DNA of 63,790 nucleotides, counting the filler, from an uncultured Rhodopirellula sp. (GTDB lineage: Bacteria; Planctomycetota; Planctomycetia; Pirellulales; Pirellulaceae), in NCBI GenBank assembly GCA_964007735.1. It is 5 parts of 5 records of this genome, joined end to end, with 100 filler letters (N's around TTAATTAATTAA, not from the genome) between each part and the next. Parts side by side here need not be neighbours in the genome. Positions count along the whole stretch, not along the records: positions 1 to 14,290 come from CAXGAI010000076.1; 4 more parts are not named here. One strand, written 5' to 3'. The notes beneath the pieces are model-generated. The model was not told the origin of the DNA, searched no databases, and saw only the letters and a program-made list of their open reading frames with translations. This document shows, piece by piece, positions 1 to 9,852 of this stretch (position 1 is the stretch's first letter; each line of letters begins with the position of its first letter). Position numbers and translations under genes: made by a program.

Positions 1-282
1 CACTAAGAAAAAAATTCGTCTATTCCAAGGCGATCAGATCGTTTTCATCTTTTTCTTGCATCATCAAGTACTTTTGGCACACCACTTGCTTATTAATAAC
101 AGCGTGAAACAAGTGATCTGTCAGCGAGACATGCCGAGCTTCCCTGATAGTATCAACACCAGCTAACCTGGTGCAAAATTGTTGGCGATGTGCCGTGGAT
201 CTAAGGAATTGCTATCGGAGTATGATAGCTGAAAGAAGAGTCCCGAGTGGGGACATGTGATCCAGTTTTCTACGGTTACAAA

Positions 283-327
283 TGAAAAGGCCCGATTGGA
301 TTCCCGCATCCAACCGGGCCTTTTTCA
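283..327 (-). terminator. Intrinsic terminator of the TPR-exbB-exbD-large protein operon (possibly bidirectional)
   Basis: Inverted repeat AAAAGGCCCGATTGGA-8 nt-TCCAACCGGGCCTTTT. Its single mismatch becomes a G-U pair on the minus strand. A/T tracts on both sides; 33 nt downstream of the stop at 361. Confidence 0.85.
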
Positions 328-360
328 ATTAGATATCAATGGCTCTCAAACCAACATCGG

Positions 361-3300
361 CTACTGATCCACCTCCTCGAGTGGCTGGGATTTCCCATTT
401 TCCCCTACTGCGTCCTGATCGTCATAAAGTGGCAGATGGCGATAGTGTACTTCGAGACTTAAAAGATTCATGGTGGTGACATAAAGTCGCCCTGCATGGG
501 GGCCCCAGCGATCAGGGACTGGCCGTCGTGGATCCCAACTTCCAGCCAAATCGCCTTCCTGCTCCTGCCCATTGACCAACAGGGGGTGTAAGCGATCATT
601 CCATTGTTTCCAATGCTGGCCACCCATGTGGTACATGAATTGGGTTGCGTAGTACCAATAATATGTGTCTCGCAAAGAAGCATCTTTCGTGCGTCGAATG
701 GATGGTAAGTTTTCACCCAAATAAAGTGCTCCACGCTCGGCGATCTCGCTCGTCTTCTCCATCCCGTTATAAAGCCTCATCAACAAGCCAACACTAGTCA
801 TTGTCTTAGAGGATACCCGGCCCTGTCCCTGTCGTGCATTCGACGGAGCATAGGGATTGTATGCATGCATAAACGGTTTCTTTGCATCCTGAGATGCGTC
901 AAGGAAGTTTTTGATTCCGCGATAGGTTTCATCAGGAATTTCTAAACCGGCACGTCTACCACTTTCCACTGCCATCATCATCCAACCTGTCACAGACAAG
1001 TCGGCTTCACGGCCCGGAGTATATCTCCATCCACCCCGTTCGACATGCTGCGACTCGATAATAAAATTCAATGCCTGCTGCACGGAATCCTTAATCCGAG
1101 GATCTTGAGTCATTCCATAGGCTTCACACATGGCTAACGTTGCAATTGCATGCCCATAAAGTCTCGCTACCTGATTACTTGCCGTTCCCTGCGCTATGTA
1201 ATAATCGCCGTTGGCTTGTTGGTTTGCCAACATAAAATCCACGCTACGTTGTAAGAGATCTTTGTATTGATACTGTTGGTGATTGTAACCTGCTCCCTGA
1301 AAAGCCAGTAAACTCAACCCTGTCGCTGCTGTATCGCTATCGATAGCACTTACACCATCAAAAGCTGCGAACTGTTGTAGCGACCAGCTACCGTCGCGAC
1401 GCTGAAATCTAGCCAGAAAGGCCAGTCCCTTTTCAATCGTCTCCTCGGTTTCTGGTCCGGCAGCTCCATTGCCCCCCTCTCTATTACGACGTCCGTCAAA
1501 GCCTTCTTTCGCAATGGTTGCATGCGTATTCAAGGCTGGCAACGCTATCATCCCATCCCGCTGAAATCGCGATGGACGCATCTGAATCGTTGCACTATCC
1601 ACACTAGCTCGACGATCGGTGATTCCAGCATCGGCTGCTAGTTGTTCTCCCAGACCTCCTAACCCTTCTTCAGCAGCCGAATTGACTGGCACTGGTTCGG
1701 CAAATGGCTGAGCGACCGGTCCTTCTGTATACCCGCCAGCCAAGTCTGTCTCCTCCATGTCACCTGGGGACGGGCTTCCCGTCTCAGGCACATCAACAGC
1801 AACCGGACCGAAATCGCTGAGCGCTGGTCCTCCACGTTCCGTACGTCCAACATTGCTTCCGCCGGTGTCCGCGACTTGCTGACCATTACCTTCTGCAGCG
1901 GTTGATTTTTCGCTGCGAGTACCGATATTGGTTCCGGATACTTCAGCCTGTCCTTCCACGGTTGTATCGCCAGCAGGCCCACCGGTATCTGCCGTATCCG
2001 ACTGAGCTCGCAATCCCCCAGAAGCAGCATCCGGCATATCAGCCTGAGCGACTAACTCGCTACCCTCCTCAGCTCCTCCCGATACCGTTGACCCTTCGAC
2101 CATCACTTCAGGGACATCCGCAAGAGCATTCAAAGGAGCTCCGCGGCTACTTCGCACAGGTGACGCCGTACCTCCGCCAGCGGCGGCAGACCCAACTTCA
2201 GCGTCACTCGCACTGGCAGCTCCAGTGGCGCGTTCAATATCGGCAGCTAGCGGGCCAGATGTGCCGCCAGCTTCGGCCAATTGCTCGGCAGCATCCATCG
2301 TACCACCAGTCGATGCTCGTTTCACAGCCGCTGTTTCTCCAGCCGCACCTCCACCAACATCAGGGGTGGCCGAGGCGACCGGTTCTCCTTCACCTGTTTC
2401 AGGTGCAGCCACTTTGACGCCAACATCAACAGCATTAAGAGCCAGAGCATTATCGACCATTGTCGTTCTACCAACTGCTTTACCTGAAGAAGCTAAATCT
2501 TCATCCAATTGGGATGAAGAGCCCTCCGGCCCACTTCTCGAATCTTCATTGCGAGCAAGATCGCTTTGAGCAATTTGGCCTAAGGCTTCTTCATCTTCAT
2601 TATCAGCCTGATTTTCGGAAAGAGCTCCAGATAACGATGTCAACTCTCCTGACTCTGCTTTGGCAACGGCTTCTTCATTAGACGTTAGGGCCGATGCTTC
2701 TGGTGCCCCACCGGAACCTTCCGGGGATACGGCTTGCTCCGCTTTGGCATTGGTCGCCAGAGATTCCAGATTTCGTCCACTCACATTACGAGCTACTTCA
2801 GCACTGTCGGACTCATTGCTTAACTGTCTGGAACCGCCGCCAGCGGCGCGACTGAAACTCTCTTCCGATTTGACATTTGGTTCGCCGGTATCAGCGGACG
2901 CCAGTCCTGCCATCGCATTTAAGTCGGCAGTCGTTGCTTCCCGTGCTGCACTATTTTGGGCACTTGCCGATGCCTCCAATGTTTCCTGACTTGGTTGTTT
3001 CGACGCTAATGCCTCGGCAGGAACATTCGTATTAGGATTCCGAATGGCCGAGGCTACATCTGTCTGAGTACGATTGCGTTGCACCTGAGAGGACTGACTG
3101 GAATTATCGGAGTTGGCCTCCTGATTTCGAGTCGATTCAGCCCGAGAGGCAGCTGTAGCAGCCACCTGAGCTTGACTTTCAGCGGCAGCAGACAAAGCCG
3201 AGAGATTTTCTCCCGACGCTGCCCCGGACTGCCCATCATTCGCTCGGGATGTTGCACGTTGCGACTGTTCTAAAGACGGAGAATCATTCATCACAACAGA

Positions 3301-5400
3301 CAACGCATTAGCTGGGTTATCTGCATTGGTTGGAGAAGCCACCTCAGCAGCCACTTTTGAAGAACGCTGTGGGCTATTATTTTGATTAGGTGAATCTGAC
3401 TGGGTTGCCTGTTGAGATTCACGACGCTGCGCCAAATTACTGCCTGCTGCGATTGCGGCTGCATTATTCTCAACTGTTGTCAATTGTTTCAACTGATTTG
3501 AGCTTTGATTTGTATTAGCACGAGCTACATTCCCTTTAGCTGCATTTGGGTTAGGGCTAGGCTGAGCCACTTGATTCGGACGTTGAAGATCTGTCGCAGT
3601 CAGGGTTGGATTAGGAACACTAGCCGTTGCATTTTGCTGGCGATTGATCGGGGATTTTTGAGAGCTTTGGGCATTCGGATTAGATTGATCACGACTGGTG
3701 ACTGCTCGGTTGGTTGTCTGAGCTGCGACCTTCACAGAGTTATTAGCTGCATTCTGAGAATTCGTTTGATTAGGTGTTCTTCTTGGTGAAGCCTGTTTTT
3801 GAGGTGTATCGACAGCTGACGCAGTAAGTGCCGGAGTGGTTTTACTTGGTTGCCCCGCCTTGGTATTTTCGATCGGTTGGGTTGGTGGTGTGATTGCGGC
3901 TAATTCACTCGACCGACGACTTGGTCGCGAGGACGCCGCCGTCATCTGTGGGTTAGGCTCTCTACTATTCTGACGATTGACTGCTTCAGCGGTCACCATG
4001 GGGCTTACATTCTCCGACGGAGCTTTAGAGGGTGACGCCTGAGTATTAGCGGTATTGGCTCGCTGTGTTACAGCATTGGTACGAGGTTCGACCTGAGCCG
4101 GTGCTTCGACGACTGCCGTTTGCGGCGTTTCTACTGGCTGTACCCTCGGTACATCGCGCGGCACCCGCTGAGACCTTGGATTGACCGCAGGCGTAGGAAC
4201 TTTAGCTACATTCTGTTGTTCCCGACTCGGCGATTCGCGTTTTACAGGTTGGGAATCAGCGACCTGGACAGGCGTTGGAGTGGGTTGTGAAACCTCTGGG
4301 TTGCGTTCCGGGATCGCCGTTCGCTCCTGTGGAGCAAGCGTGTTTTTAGACACTTCCAACGGAGTCTCTTTGGCTTTCGTCTGGGCTGTTTGGTTTTGCA
4401 CCGGTGTTACCTGAGTTTTAGGCAGGTCTGCCATTTTTGTTTCCTGACGAACTGCTGACTTCTGCCGGCTATCATTTGTCACCTGAGCTGTCTGACTTTC
4501 TGCCCGTTGAGCGTTATTAGCGTCTGACTTTATCGGAACATCTGCTTCGACTGGCAAAGTCATCTTTTGCAGATTCTCTGCTGACTGACTACGAGCAACA
4601 TTTCTTGAAGGTGTTTCCGTCACCCGAGGCTGAGTTGCTTTCATATTTCTGGTCGGCTGAACAACCTCTGTTGCAACATTATTCAACTTAGGAAGTTCTA
4701 CCGAATTACGACTCAATTTTGAGGTTGAATCAGCCTGACGAGCTGACGAGTTAGCCGACTCAGATCGCTTCTCAACAACTTCAGGCATCGGTTGAGGCTC
4801 CGCCTGCTCCACACTTGGCTGTTGTATTTCTTCTGGCGACTCCGTTTCCTGTTGACGATCGACTTCTGGTGGCTGTGGGTCAGGTATTTCTGTTTCCACA
4901 GGTTTTAAAAAATCCGGTTTTTCAACGTTTTGCTGCTGATGACTGGGATGATATTCAAGACGTTTTTTGGGCTTCTTTCTAACTAATTGCTTGTGAGCAA
5001 CTTCACCACGCCAACCCTTAGAAAACACCTCGGCTTCCAAAGCGTAGATCAGCATCATGAGGTGAATGATGGCACAAACGATTACAGAAAACTGCATCGT
5101 CCGTTTGAATTTTTTGTTATCAATATAGTGAAACGTCAGAATAGACGTACAAATCAACAAGAGAACGATAAGCAGAGAAACCCATGGGCTGGCATACCAT
5201 GCTGCTTCAGGATCGAACGGTTGATACGCGAAAATACCGCCGATTAGGAAACCACCAAGGACCACGAGTGCGATATTAACGGGCCATTGCTGTTCATCAA
5301 AGACAAGCCGAGTTCGGGGTACATAGCGACGTACGATCTTATTCCGTACGTTAACACGCTCTTCTCTGCGAATATCATCGAATGGCGATGGTTCGTTCAT
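361..5400 (-). CDS. Large membrane-anchored protein: 3 N-terminal TM segments, ~1170-aa low-complexity linker, C-terminal prenyltransferase/squalene-cyclase-like repeat (alpha/alpha barrel) domain; TonB/TolA-like position
   Basis: Start placed at Met13 of the ORF (5400), after AGGGA and just past the exbD stop. Hydrophobic segments at ORF aa ~52-71, 84-103, 114-133, the last containing CAIIH. QW-type repeats GLAFLARFQRRDGSW, FMLANQQANGDY, FIIESQHVERGGWRY, GQEQEGDLAGSW, plus YYWYYATQ. Confidence 0.8.
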   Translation of the reverse strand: MNEPSPFDDIRREERVNVRNKIVRRYVPRTRLVFDEQQWPVNIALVVLGGFLIGGIFAYQPFDPEAAWYASPWVSLLIVLLLICTSILTFHYIDNKKFKRTMQFSVIVCAIIHLMMLIYALEAEVFSKGWRGEVAHKQLVRKKPKKRLEYHPSHQQQNVEKPDFLKPVETEIPDPQPPEVDRQQETESPEEIQQPSVEQAEPQPMPEVVEKRSESANSSARQADSTSKLSRNSVELPKLNNVATEVVQPTRNMKATQPRVTETPSRNVARSQSAENLQKMTLPVEADVPIKSDANNAQRAESQTAQVTNDSRQKSAVRQETKMADLPKTQVTPVQNQTAQTKAKETPLEVSKNTLAPQERTAIPERNPEVSQPTPTPVQVADSQPVKRESPSREQQNVAKVPTPAVNPRSQRVPRDVPRVQPVETPQTAVVEAPAQVEPRTNAVTQRANTANTQASPSKAPSENVSPMVTAEAVNRQNSREPNPQMTAASSRPSRRSSELAAITPPTQPIENTKAGQPSKTTPALTASAVDTPQKQASPRRTPNQTNSQNAANNSVKVAAQTTNRAVTSRDQSNPNAQSSQKSPINRQQNATASVPNPTLTATDLQRPNQVAQPSPNPNAAKGNVARANTNQSSNQLKQLTTVENNAAAIAAGSNLAQRRESQQATQSDSPNQNNSPQRSSKVAAEVASPTNADNPANALSVVMNDSPSLEQSQRATSRANDGQSGAASGENLSALSAAAESQAQVAATAASRAESTRNQEANSDNSSQSSQVQRNRTQTDVASAIRNPNTNVPAEALASKQPSQETLEASASAQNSAAREATTADLNAMAGLASADTGEPNVKSEESFSRAAGGGSRQLSNESDSAEVARNVSGRNLESLATNAKAEQAVSPEGSGGAPEASALTSNEEAVAKAESGELTSLSGALSENQADNEDEEALGQIAQSDLARNEDSRSGPEGSSSQLDEDLASSGKAVGRTTMVDNALALNAVDVGVKVAAPETGEGEPVASATPDVGGGAAGETAAVKRASTGGTMDAAEQLAEAGGTSGPLAADIERATGAASASDAEVGSAAAGGGTASPVRSSRGAPLNALADVPEVMVEGSTVSGGAEEGSELVAQADMPDAASGGLRAQSDTADTGGPAGDTTVEGQAEVSGTNIGTRSEKSTAAEGNGQQVADTGGSNVGRTERGGPALSDFGPVAVDVPETGSPSPGDMEETDLAGGYTEGPVAQPFAEPVPVNSAAEEGLGGLGEQLAADAGITDRRASVDSATIQMRPSRFQRDGMIALPALNTHATIAKEGFDGRRNREGGNGAAGPETEETIEKGLAFLARFQRRDGSWSLQQFAAFDGVSAIDSDTAATGLSLLAFQGAGYNHQQYQYKDLLQRSVDFMLANQQANGDYYIAQGTASNQVARLYGHAIATLAMCEAYGMTQDPRIKDSVQQALNFIIESQHVERGGWRYTPGREADLSVTGWMMMAVESGRRAGLEIPDETYRGIKNFLDASQDAKKPFMHAYNPYAPSNARQGQGRVSSKTMTSVGLLMRLYNGMEKTSEIAERGALYLGENLPSIRRTKDASLRDTYYWYYATQFMYHMGGQHWKQWNDRLHPLLVNGQEQEGDLAGSWDPRRPVPDRWGPHAGRLYVTTMNLLSLEVHYRHLPLYDDQDAVGENGKSQPLEEVDQ

Positions 5401-5407
5401 CGATTCC

Positions 5408-5818
5408 CTACTGCTCTGTCGCAATCGTGTAGTCATGAATCCCTGCGGTATTACAGAGATTCATAGCATTCGCGACATATTGGAAAGGAACGCGTTGGTC
5501 TGCTCGTATAATGACTGTTTGTCCCAATGGATTGGAGGCCACTGCTTCATTCAATGCGAGTAATAACCCGGTACCATCAAGCGTTTGACCGCCAACAAAA
5601 TAATGACCATCACGGGTAATATTGATTGCAATTTCATTTGGTTCGGAAGTAACAGCTGCCGCAGTCGATGCCGTCGGCAACAGAACATCGAGTTCCCGAT
5701 CTTCCTGAGCGAAACGAGTCGCCACCAAGAAGAACACAAGTAGCAAGAACACCACGTCAATCAATGGCGTAAGGCTCAAAGTACCTAAAGCTCGGCTAGT
5801 CTTAATTTTAACTGTCAT
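5408..5818 (-). CDS. exbD: Biopolymer transporter ExbD/TolR
   Basis: LSLTPLIDVVFLLLVFFLV with the conserved TM Asp; C-terminal VIIRADQRVPFQYV; directly downstream of exbB. Confidence 0.93.
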   Translation of the reverse strand: MTVKIKTSRALGTLSLTPLIDVVFLLLVFFLVATRFAQEDRELDVLLPTASTAAAVTSEPNEIAINITRDGHYFVGGQTLDGTGLLLALNEAVASNPLGQTVIIRADQRVPFQYVANAMNLCNTAGIHDYTIATEQ

Positions 5819-5827
5819 CGTTCTTAA

Positions 5828-6754
5828 TTACTCTTCCGATTCTTCTTCGTCATTCTCAACTGACGTGAACCGCATACGTCCTTCAAACCGTTCGATCTGT
5901 GGCATCAGACTGAATAACAACTCATCCACTTCATGGAACAATCGCTGGAGCTTTCCTTCCAGATAGTGTGAGAACACCGCAGCCGGAATCGCAACAATCA
6001 ATCCACATAAAGTCGTTACCAAAGCAACGTAAATCCCTTCTGCCAGGAAGTCTGCTTTATTAACACCTTGCGGTAAACCAGTCGTATCGTGAAATGCCTG
6101 AATCATCCCCCAAACCGTACCCAGCAATCCCATTAATGGAGTAACCGCGGCGGCCAGATTTAACCAGCGCACGTTGGAGTAAAGACGATCTGCTTCTCGC
6201 TCGCTCGCTTCAGTCGTCGAACGATCTACTTCTGACTGTGGACGTCCCACTTTCACAAGCATTGCCCGAATCACGCTGGCGGCTGCGGAGGGGTATCGCT
6301 GACAAAGTCGATAAGCGGCTCGAGGATCAAACTGTCCCTGCTCTTCAGCCAACAAACCCAATTCAGCAACCAAACTTGCAGGAATAACCCGGTCGCGCCG
6401 TAACGCCATTGAACGTTCAATCACAAAAGTAACTGTCACAAGAGACATCAATCCAATTGGTATCGTAAATGCCCCCCCCTGCACAATCAGTGAGAAGATA
6501 TTAATCCCCTCGGATTCCACATTCTCAACCACGCCATCTTCTACGCGTTCAACCCCTACGGCCTGATCACTTGTGGCATCATTACCAGCTGCCGGCCCCT
6601 CTTGCGCTGAAGCTCGAGCATCATCTTGAGCAAACGCTTTATTTGCGGGTAGTGAGAGGCTGGCCCCCAATATCAACACACCACAAACGGCGCCTACCAG
6701 TAACGTCTTGCCACCGGAATTCCACTGTTTTAATCCTGATTTCACTAGATTCAT
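5828..6754 (-). CDS. exbB: MotA/TolQ/ExbB proton channel protein with N-terminal signal/extension
   Basis: AAVTPLMGLLGTVWGMIQAF and GIYVALVTTLCGLIVAIPA motifs. Confidence 0.93.
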   Translation of the reverse strand: MNLVKSGLKQWNSGGKTLLVGAVCGVLILGASLSLPANKAFAQDDARASAQEGPAAGNDATSDQAVGVERVEDGVVENVESEGINIFSLIVQGGAFTIPIGLMSLVTVTFVIERSMALRRDRVIPASLVAELGLLAEEQGQFDPRAAYRLCQRYPSAAASVIRAMLVKVGRPQSEVDRSTTEASEREADRLYSNVRWLNLAAAVTPLMGLLGTVWGMIQAFHDTTGLPQGVNKADFLAEGIYVALVTTLCGLIVAIPAAVFSHYLEGKLQRLFHEVDELLFSLMPQIERFEGRMRFTSVENDEEESEE

Positions 6755-6799
6755 CTGTTCCTATAGCGACTTCAGTGTTCGAGGTTTTACCCCTCTCGG

Positions 6800-9550
6800 C
6801 TACTGAAGTAGTTTCATCAATTCTGTAATGCGACTTTTTGCCATTTCCACACGGTCTGTTTGGGAATACACGTCTACGATCCGTTGATAATAGTCAATGG
6901 CTTGCCTCACAAGTTCTTTCTTAACTTCCGCGTCTTTTGCTTCTTCTGCCAGAACTTCCTTACATCGGCCCGCCTCATAGGCGGATAATGCCTGCCAAGG
7001 CTTTGCGTCCTCAGTATCAAAACGAAGCAAGGTGCGATCAAACTGTTTGATCGCTTCTGCGAACTGCTTCTGTTTGAAATAAACATCGCCAATCATGAAA
7101 AACGCCCGAGCTCCAACACCGGCACGATTGCGCCCGGCAGCCTCAAAACTCTTCAGCGCCTCTTCATATTTCATCTCTCGATCGAAAGACCATCCAATTT
7201 CAAAATGAGCTTCATGCCGATAGGAATCGGCTTCTTCCAATTCAGAATCAATCACGCGTTGTAATAAGCCACGTGCCTGTTCAAAATTCTTCTGCTGGGC
7301 CGCCGATTGACCAGCATGTAGCCAAACGAGAACCGAAAAGTGATCGCTATCGAACTTCTGCTCAACAAGCGGCTCAAATGCCACCAAGGCTTCAGCATAT
7401 TTGTTCTGTTTGAATAGACTCTCGCCTTGCATGAATTTGCCATCCTTCGCAAGTTCACCTTCAGCATACTTTTCAAGCTGCTGAGCAAAGTGCTTTCCGC
7501 TTTCTTCAAATGCGCTGTTACGGAAACTAGCCCAACCTAACTTGTGTAAAATCAACTCCTGTAAGCCACCTTCTTTTGAACTGGCAAATGCTTTGCCGTA
7601 TTGCTGTAAGGCCTGAGTATAATTTTTTTCATCGTATTCATACTCACCCAGCCGAAAGAATGAGTCCGCAGCCAGGTCGCTATCCTTATGCTTTGTCACT
7701 AACTGAGTAAACACCTTTCGAGCCTCATCATGTTGATTCTGAGACCGTAGTGCAAATGCAACTTCATACAAAACTGCATGAGCAAGGCGATAGTCTTCTA
7801 GCTCAGCCAGAATAGAGTTCCAGGTTTCAATAGCTTCAGCCACCTGCTTATCTTCCAGTTGTTTCCTTCCCTTTTCGAACTTCACATCAGCTCGACGACC
7901 AATTGCATCTTTGGCAAATTCCGAATCAGCATAATTATCAATCACTGATGTGAAGTGGGTAATCGCACCATCAAAGTCAGTGCCAACAAAATGATATTCA
8001 CCTAAACGAAAAATGGCTTCGGGCAATAGTTTGCTTTCCGGAAAGCCCTCAATCAGTTGACCGATACTTGCTTTGGCATCATCGTACTTTTCTAATCGTG
8101 CCTGACTTCGAGCAAGCAATAACAAACTCTCAGCTACTCGTTTGCCCTTTGGATTGTCTTTCACAACGGCAGTCAACAGTTCAATGGTTTCGGCGAATTT
8201 GTCAGCCTTGAATAGTTCGACACTTTTTAGTACTCGAGATTCTTCGACAAGCTTGGAAACATCTTTGATAAACTCATGGCCCGCGTACTTTTCACGAAAA
8301 ATGGAGGCGTCACTAAGTACATCGTCATATTCTTTAAGCTGAAATGCAGCAAACGCGGCGAAGTACAAAGCATCTGGGGCTAGAACATGCGTCTCATGAT
8401 CTTTGGCAATCGCCCGATAACGAGAACGGGATTCCCCATATTTAGCCTGACCATCGAAGGAATCAGCAGCGGCCATTTTAAAGCGTACTTTCAAGTCTTC
8501 TGTGTCAGCTTTTTCAATCATTTGCTGAGCCAACGCCAATGACTTGCTGTACAACTTCTTTTCGATGTACTTTCGGCAAAGCACATTTAGCTGGGTAACG
8601 GCAGTCTTCTTGTGATCCGCATCTTCGGTTGCCGCAAATACCGACTGATAAATCGTGGAGGCATCGTCAAATTGCTCGAGGTTTACGAGGCAAAATGCCT
8701 GTCGCAGTCGAGAACGAGTCGCATGTTCAAATCCCTCAACCGCTGCAACTTCTGCAAAGATCCGGGCCGCTTCTTCGAATCTGTCATCCTGCAACATCGA
8801 TTCAGCTTTCCGCATACGTACTTCGGTACGCAGACCGCTTTCGGGAAATTCCTTCAGAAACAAATCATAAGCAACCCCTGCTTCCTTATACTTTTCTTCC
8901 TCTTCAAGCGTGGCTCCCAGGACATAGATTGCATCCTGTCGGTAAGCTGATTTCGGGAATCCAGTTACAACGGCTCGGTAATCAGCAATTGCCTTGGTTT
9001 TGTCATTCTGGTTGTAGAAAGACTCACCACGCAGGTAAAAAGCCTGATCTGACAATGGTCCTTTTTCAAATAACTCCAATTGCTTTCCAAACGCTGAAAT
9101 AGCTGTGCCGAAATGCGTCATTCGTTTCTCTGCATTCTGTGCTCCCAACGCCTGCGCATAACGAGTACGTCCCCAATAGAAATAAGCCGCTTCTGAGTTT
9201 TCATGCTTTTCATAACGCGTCGCCGTAAATTCAAAAGCCGCCGCTGCCTCGTCGTACTTCTTCAACTGAAGTGAACAGATACCCAAGTAATAGATTGCCT
9301 TCGGTGCCAATGGGTCATCAGAATACGCATCACGAAACTTCACCCACTCCTCAATAGCGATTTCGAATTTACCACCATTTTGGTAACTAGCACCATCTGC
9401 ATAAACGTCCTGAGCATCCTCTGACGATTCGGCTTTTAACTTGATGGGTTCGGGAGCGTCCTGAGCCATCCCCACAGTGGGAATTCCAATGCTAAAAGCT
9501 GCTGGAATCAGGAGTAAAACAAACCCTCTTACTATGTATCTTTTGAACAT
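6800..9550 (-). CDS. Exported tetratricopeptide-repeat protein (CpoB/YbgF- or BamD-like repeats), 916 aa
   Basis: N-terminal signal peptide; tandem helical repeats of the type A-x-(Y/F)-x-L-G...A...(F/Y)...(F/Y)P-x-S throughout. Confidence 0.88.
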   Translation of the reverse strand: MFKRYIVRGFVLLLIPAAFSIGIPTVGMAQDAPEPIKLKAESSEDAQDVYADGASYQNGGKFEIAIEEWVKFRDAYSDDPLAPKAIYYLGICSLQLKKYDEAAAAFEFTATRYEKHENSEAAYFYWGRTRYAQALGAQNAEKRMTHFGTAISAFGKQLELFEKGPLSDQAFYLRGESFYNQNDKTKAIADYRAVVTGFPKSAYRQDAIYVLGATLEEEEKYKEAGVAYDLFLKEFPESGLRTEVRMRKAESMLQDDRFEEAARIFAEVAAVEGFEHATRSRLRQAFCLVNLEQFDDASTIYQSVFAATEDADHKKTAVTQLNVLCRKYIEKKLYSKSLALAQQMIEKADTEDLKVRFKMAAADSFDGQAKYGESRSRYRAIAKDHETHVLAPDALYFAAFAAFQLKEYDDVLSDASIFREKYAGHEFIKDVSKLVEESRVLKSVELFKADKFAETIELLTAVVKDNPKGKRVAESLLLLARSQARLEKYDDAKASIGQLIEGFPESKLLPEAIFRLGEYHFVGTDFDGAITHFTSVIDNYADSEFAKDAIGRRADVKFEKGRKQLEDKQVAEAIETWNSILAELEDYRLAHAVLYEVAFALRSQNQHDEARKVFTQLVTKHKDSDLAADSFFRLGEYEYDEKNYTQALQQYGKAFASSKEGGLQELILHKLGWASFRNSAFEESGKHFAQQLEKYAEGELAKDGKFMQGESLFKQNKYAEALVAFEPLVEQKFDSDHFSVLVWLHAGQSAAQQKNFEQARGLLQRVIDSELEEADSYRHEAHFEIGWSFDREMKYEEALKSFEAAGRNRAGVGARAFFMIGDVYFKQKQFAEAIKQFDRTLLRFDTEDAKPWQALSAYEAGRCKEVLAEEAKDAEVKKELVRQAIDYYQRIVDVYSQTDRVEMAKSRITELMKLLQ

Positions 9551-9671
9551 ATTCTTCTCTATTTCCGTATCTACCTGAGCTTCAATTTAGAGACTGAAAC
9601 TTCTGCCAATACTATCAGTTTAGCGATTCGATGGTCAGGAGAAAACAAGAACGTGGGGACCGTGATAGATT

Positions 9672-9695
9672 GGGGAAGGTAACTTTCCCCTTTTT
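9672..9695 (+). terminator. Terminator-like hairpin in a divergent intergenic region
   Basis: GGGGAAGG-TAA-CTTTCCCC followed by TTTTT; no + strand gene immediately upstream. Confidence 0.35.
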
Positions 9696-9852
9696 CTGTT
9701 AAAAGCGGGGATTTATTACAGTCTTATCGCCTTAACGGACAGGGAATAGCCTGATTTCCAACCTACTGTTATTCCGATAATAAGAAGTACCACTATTTGC
9801 GTGCATTAACGATTTTTCGTAGCCACTTGGGCATTAATTCGGGGATTCAAAA

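Noticed and set aside
361..1455. Calling the large protein a squalene-hopene cyclase
   Set aside because: Only one barrel-sized domain and no DxDD catalytic motif seen
1659..4414. Many short alternative-frame ORFs within the large gene
   Set aside because: Expected by-products of low-complexity coding sequence; no independent support
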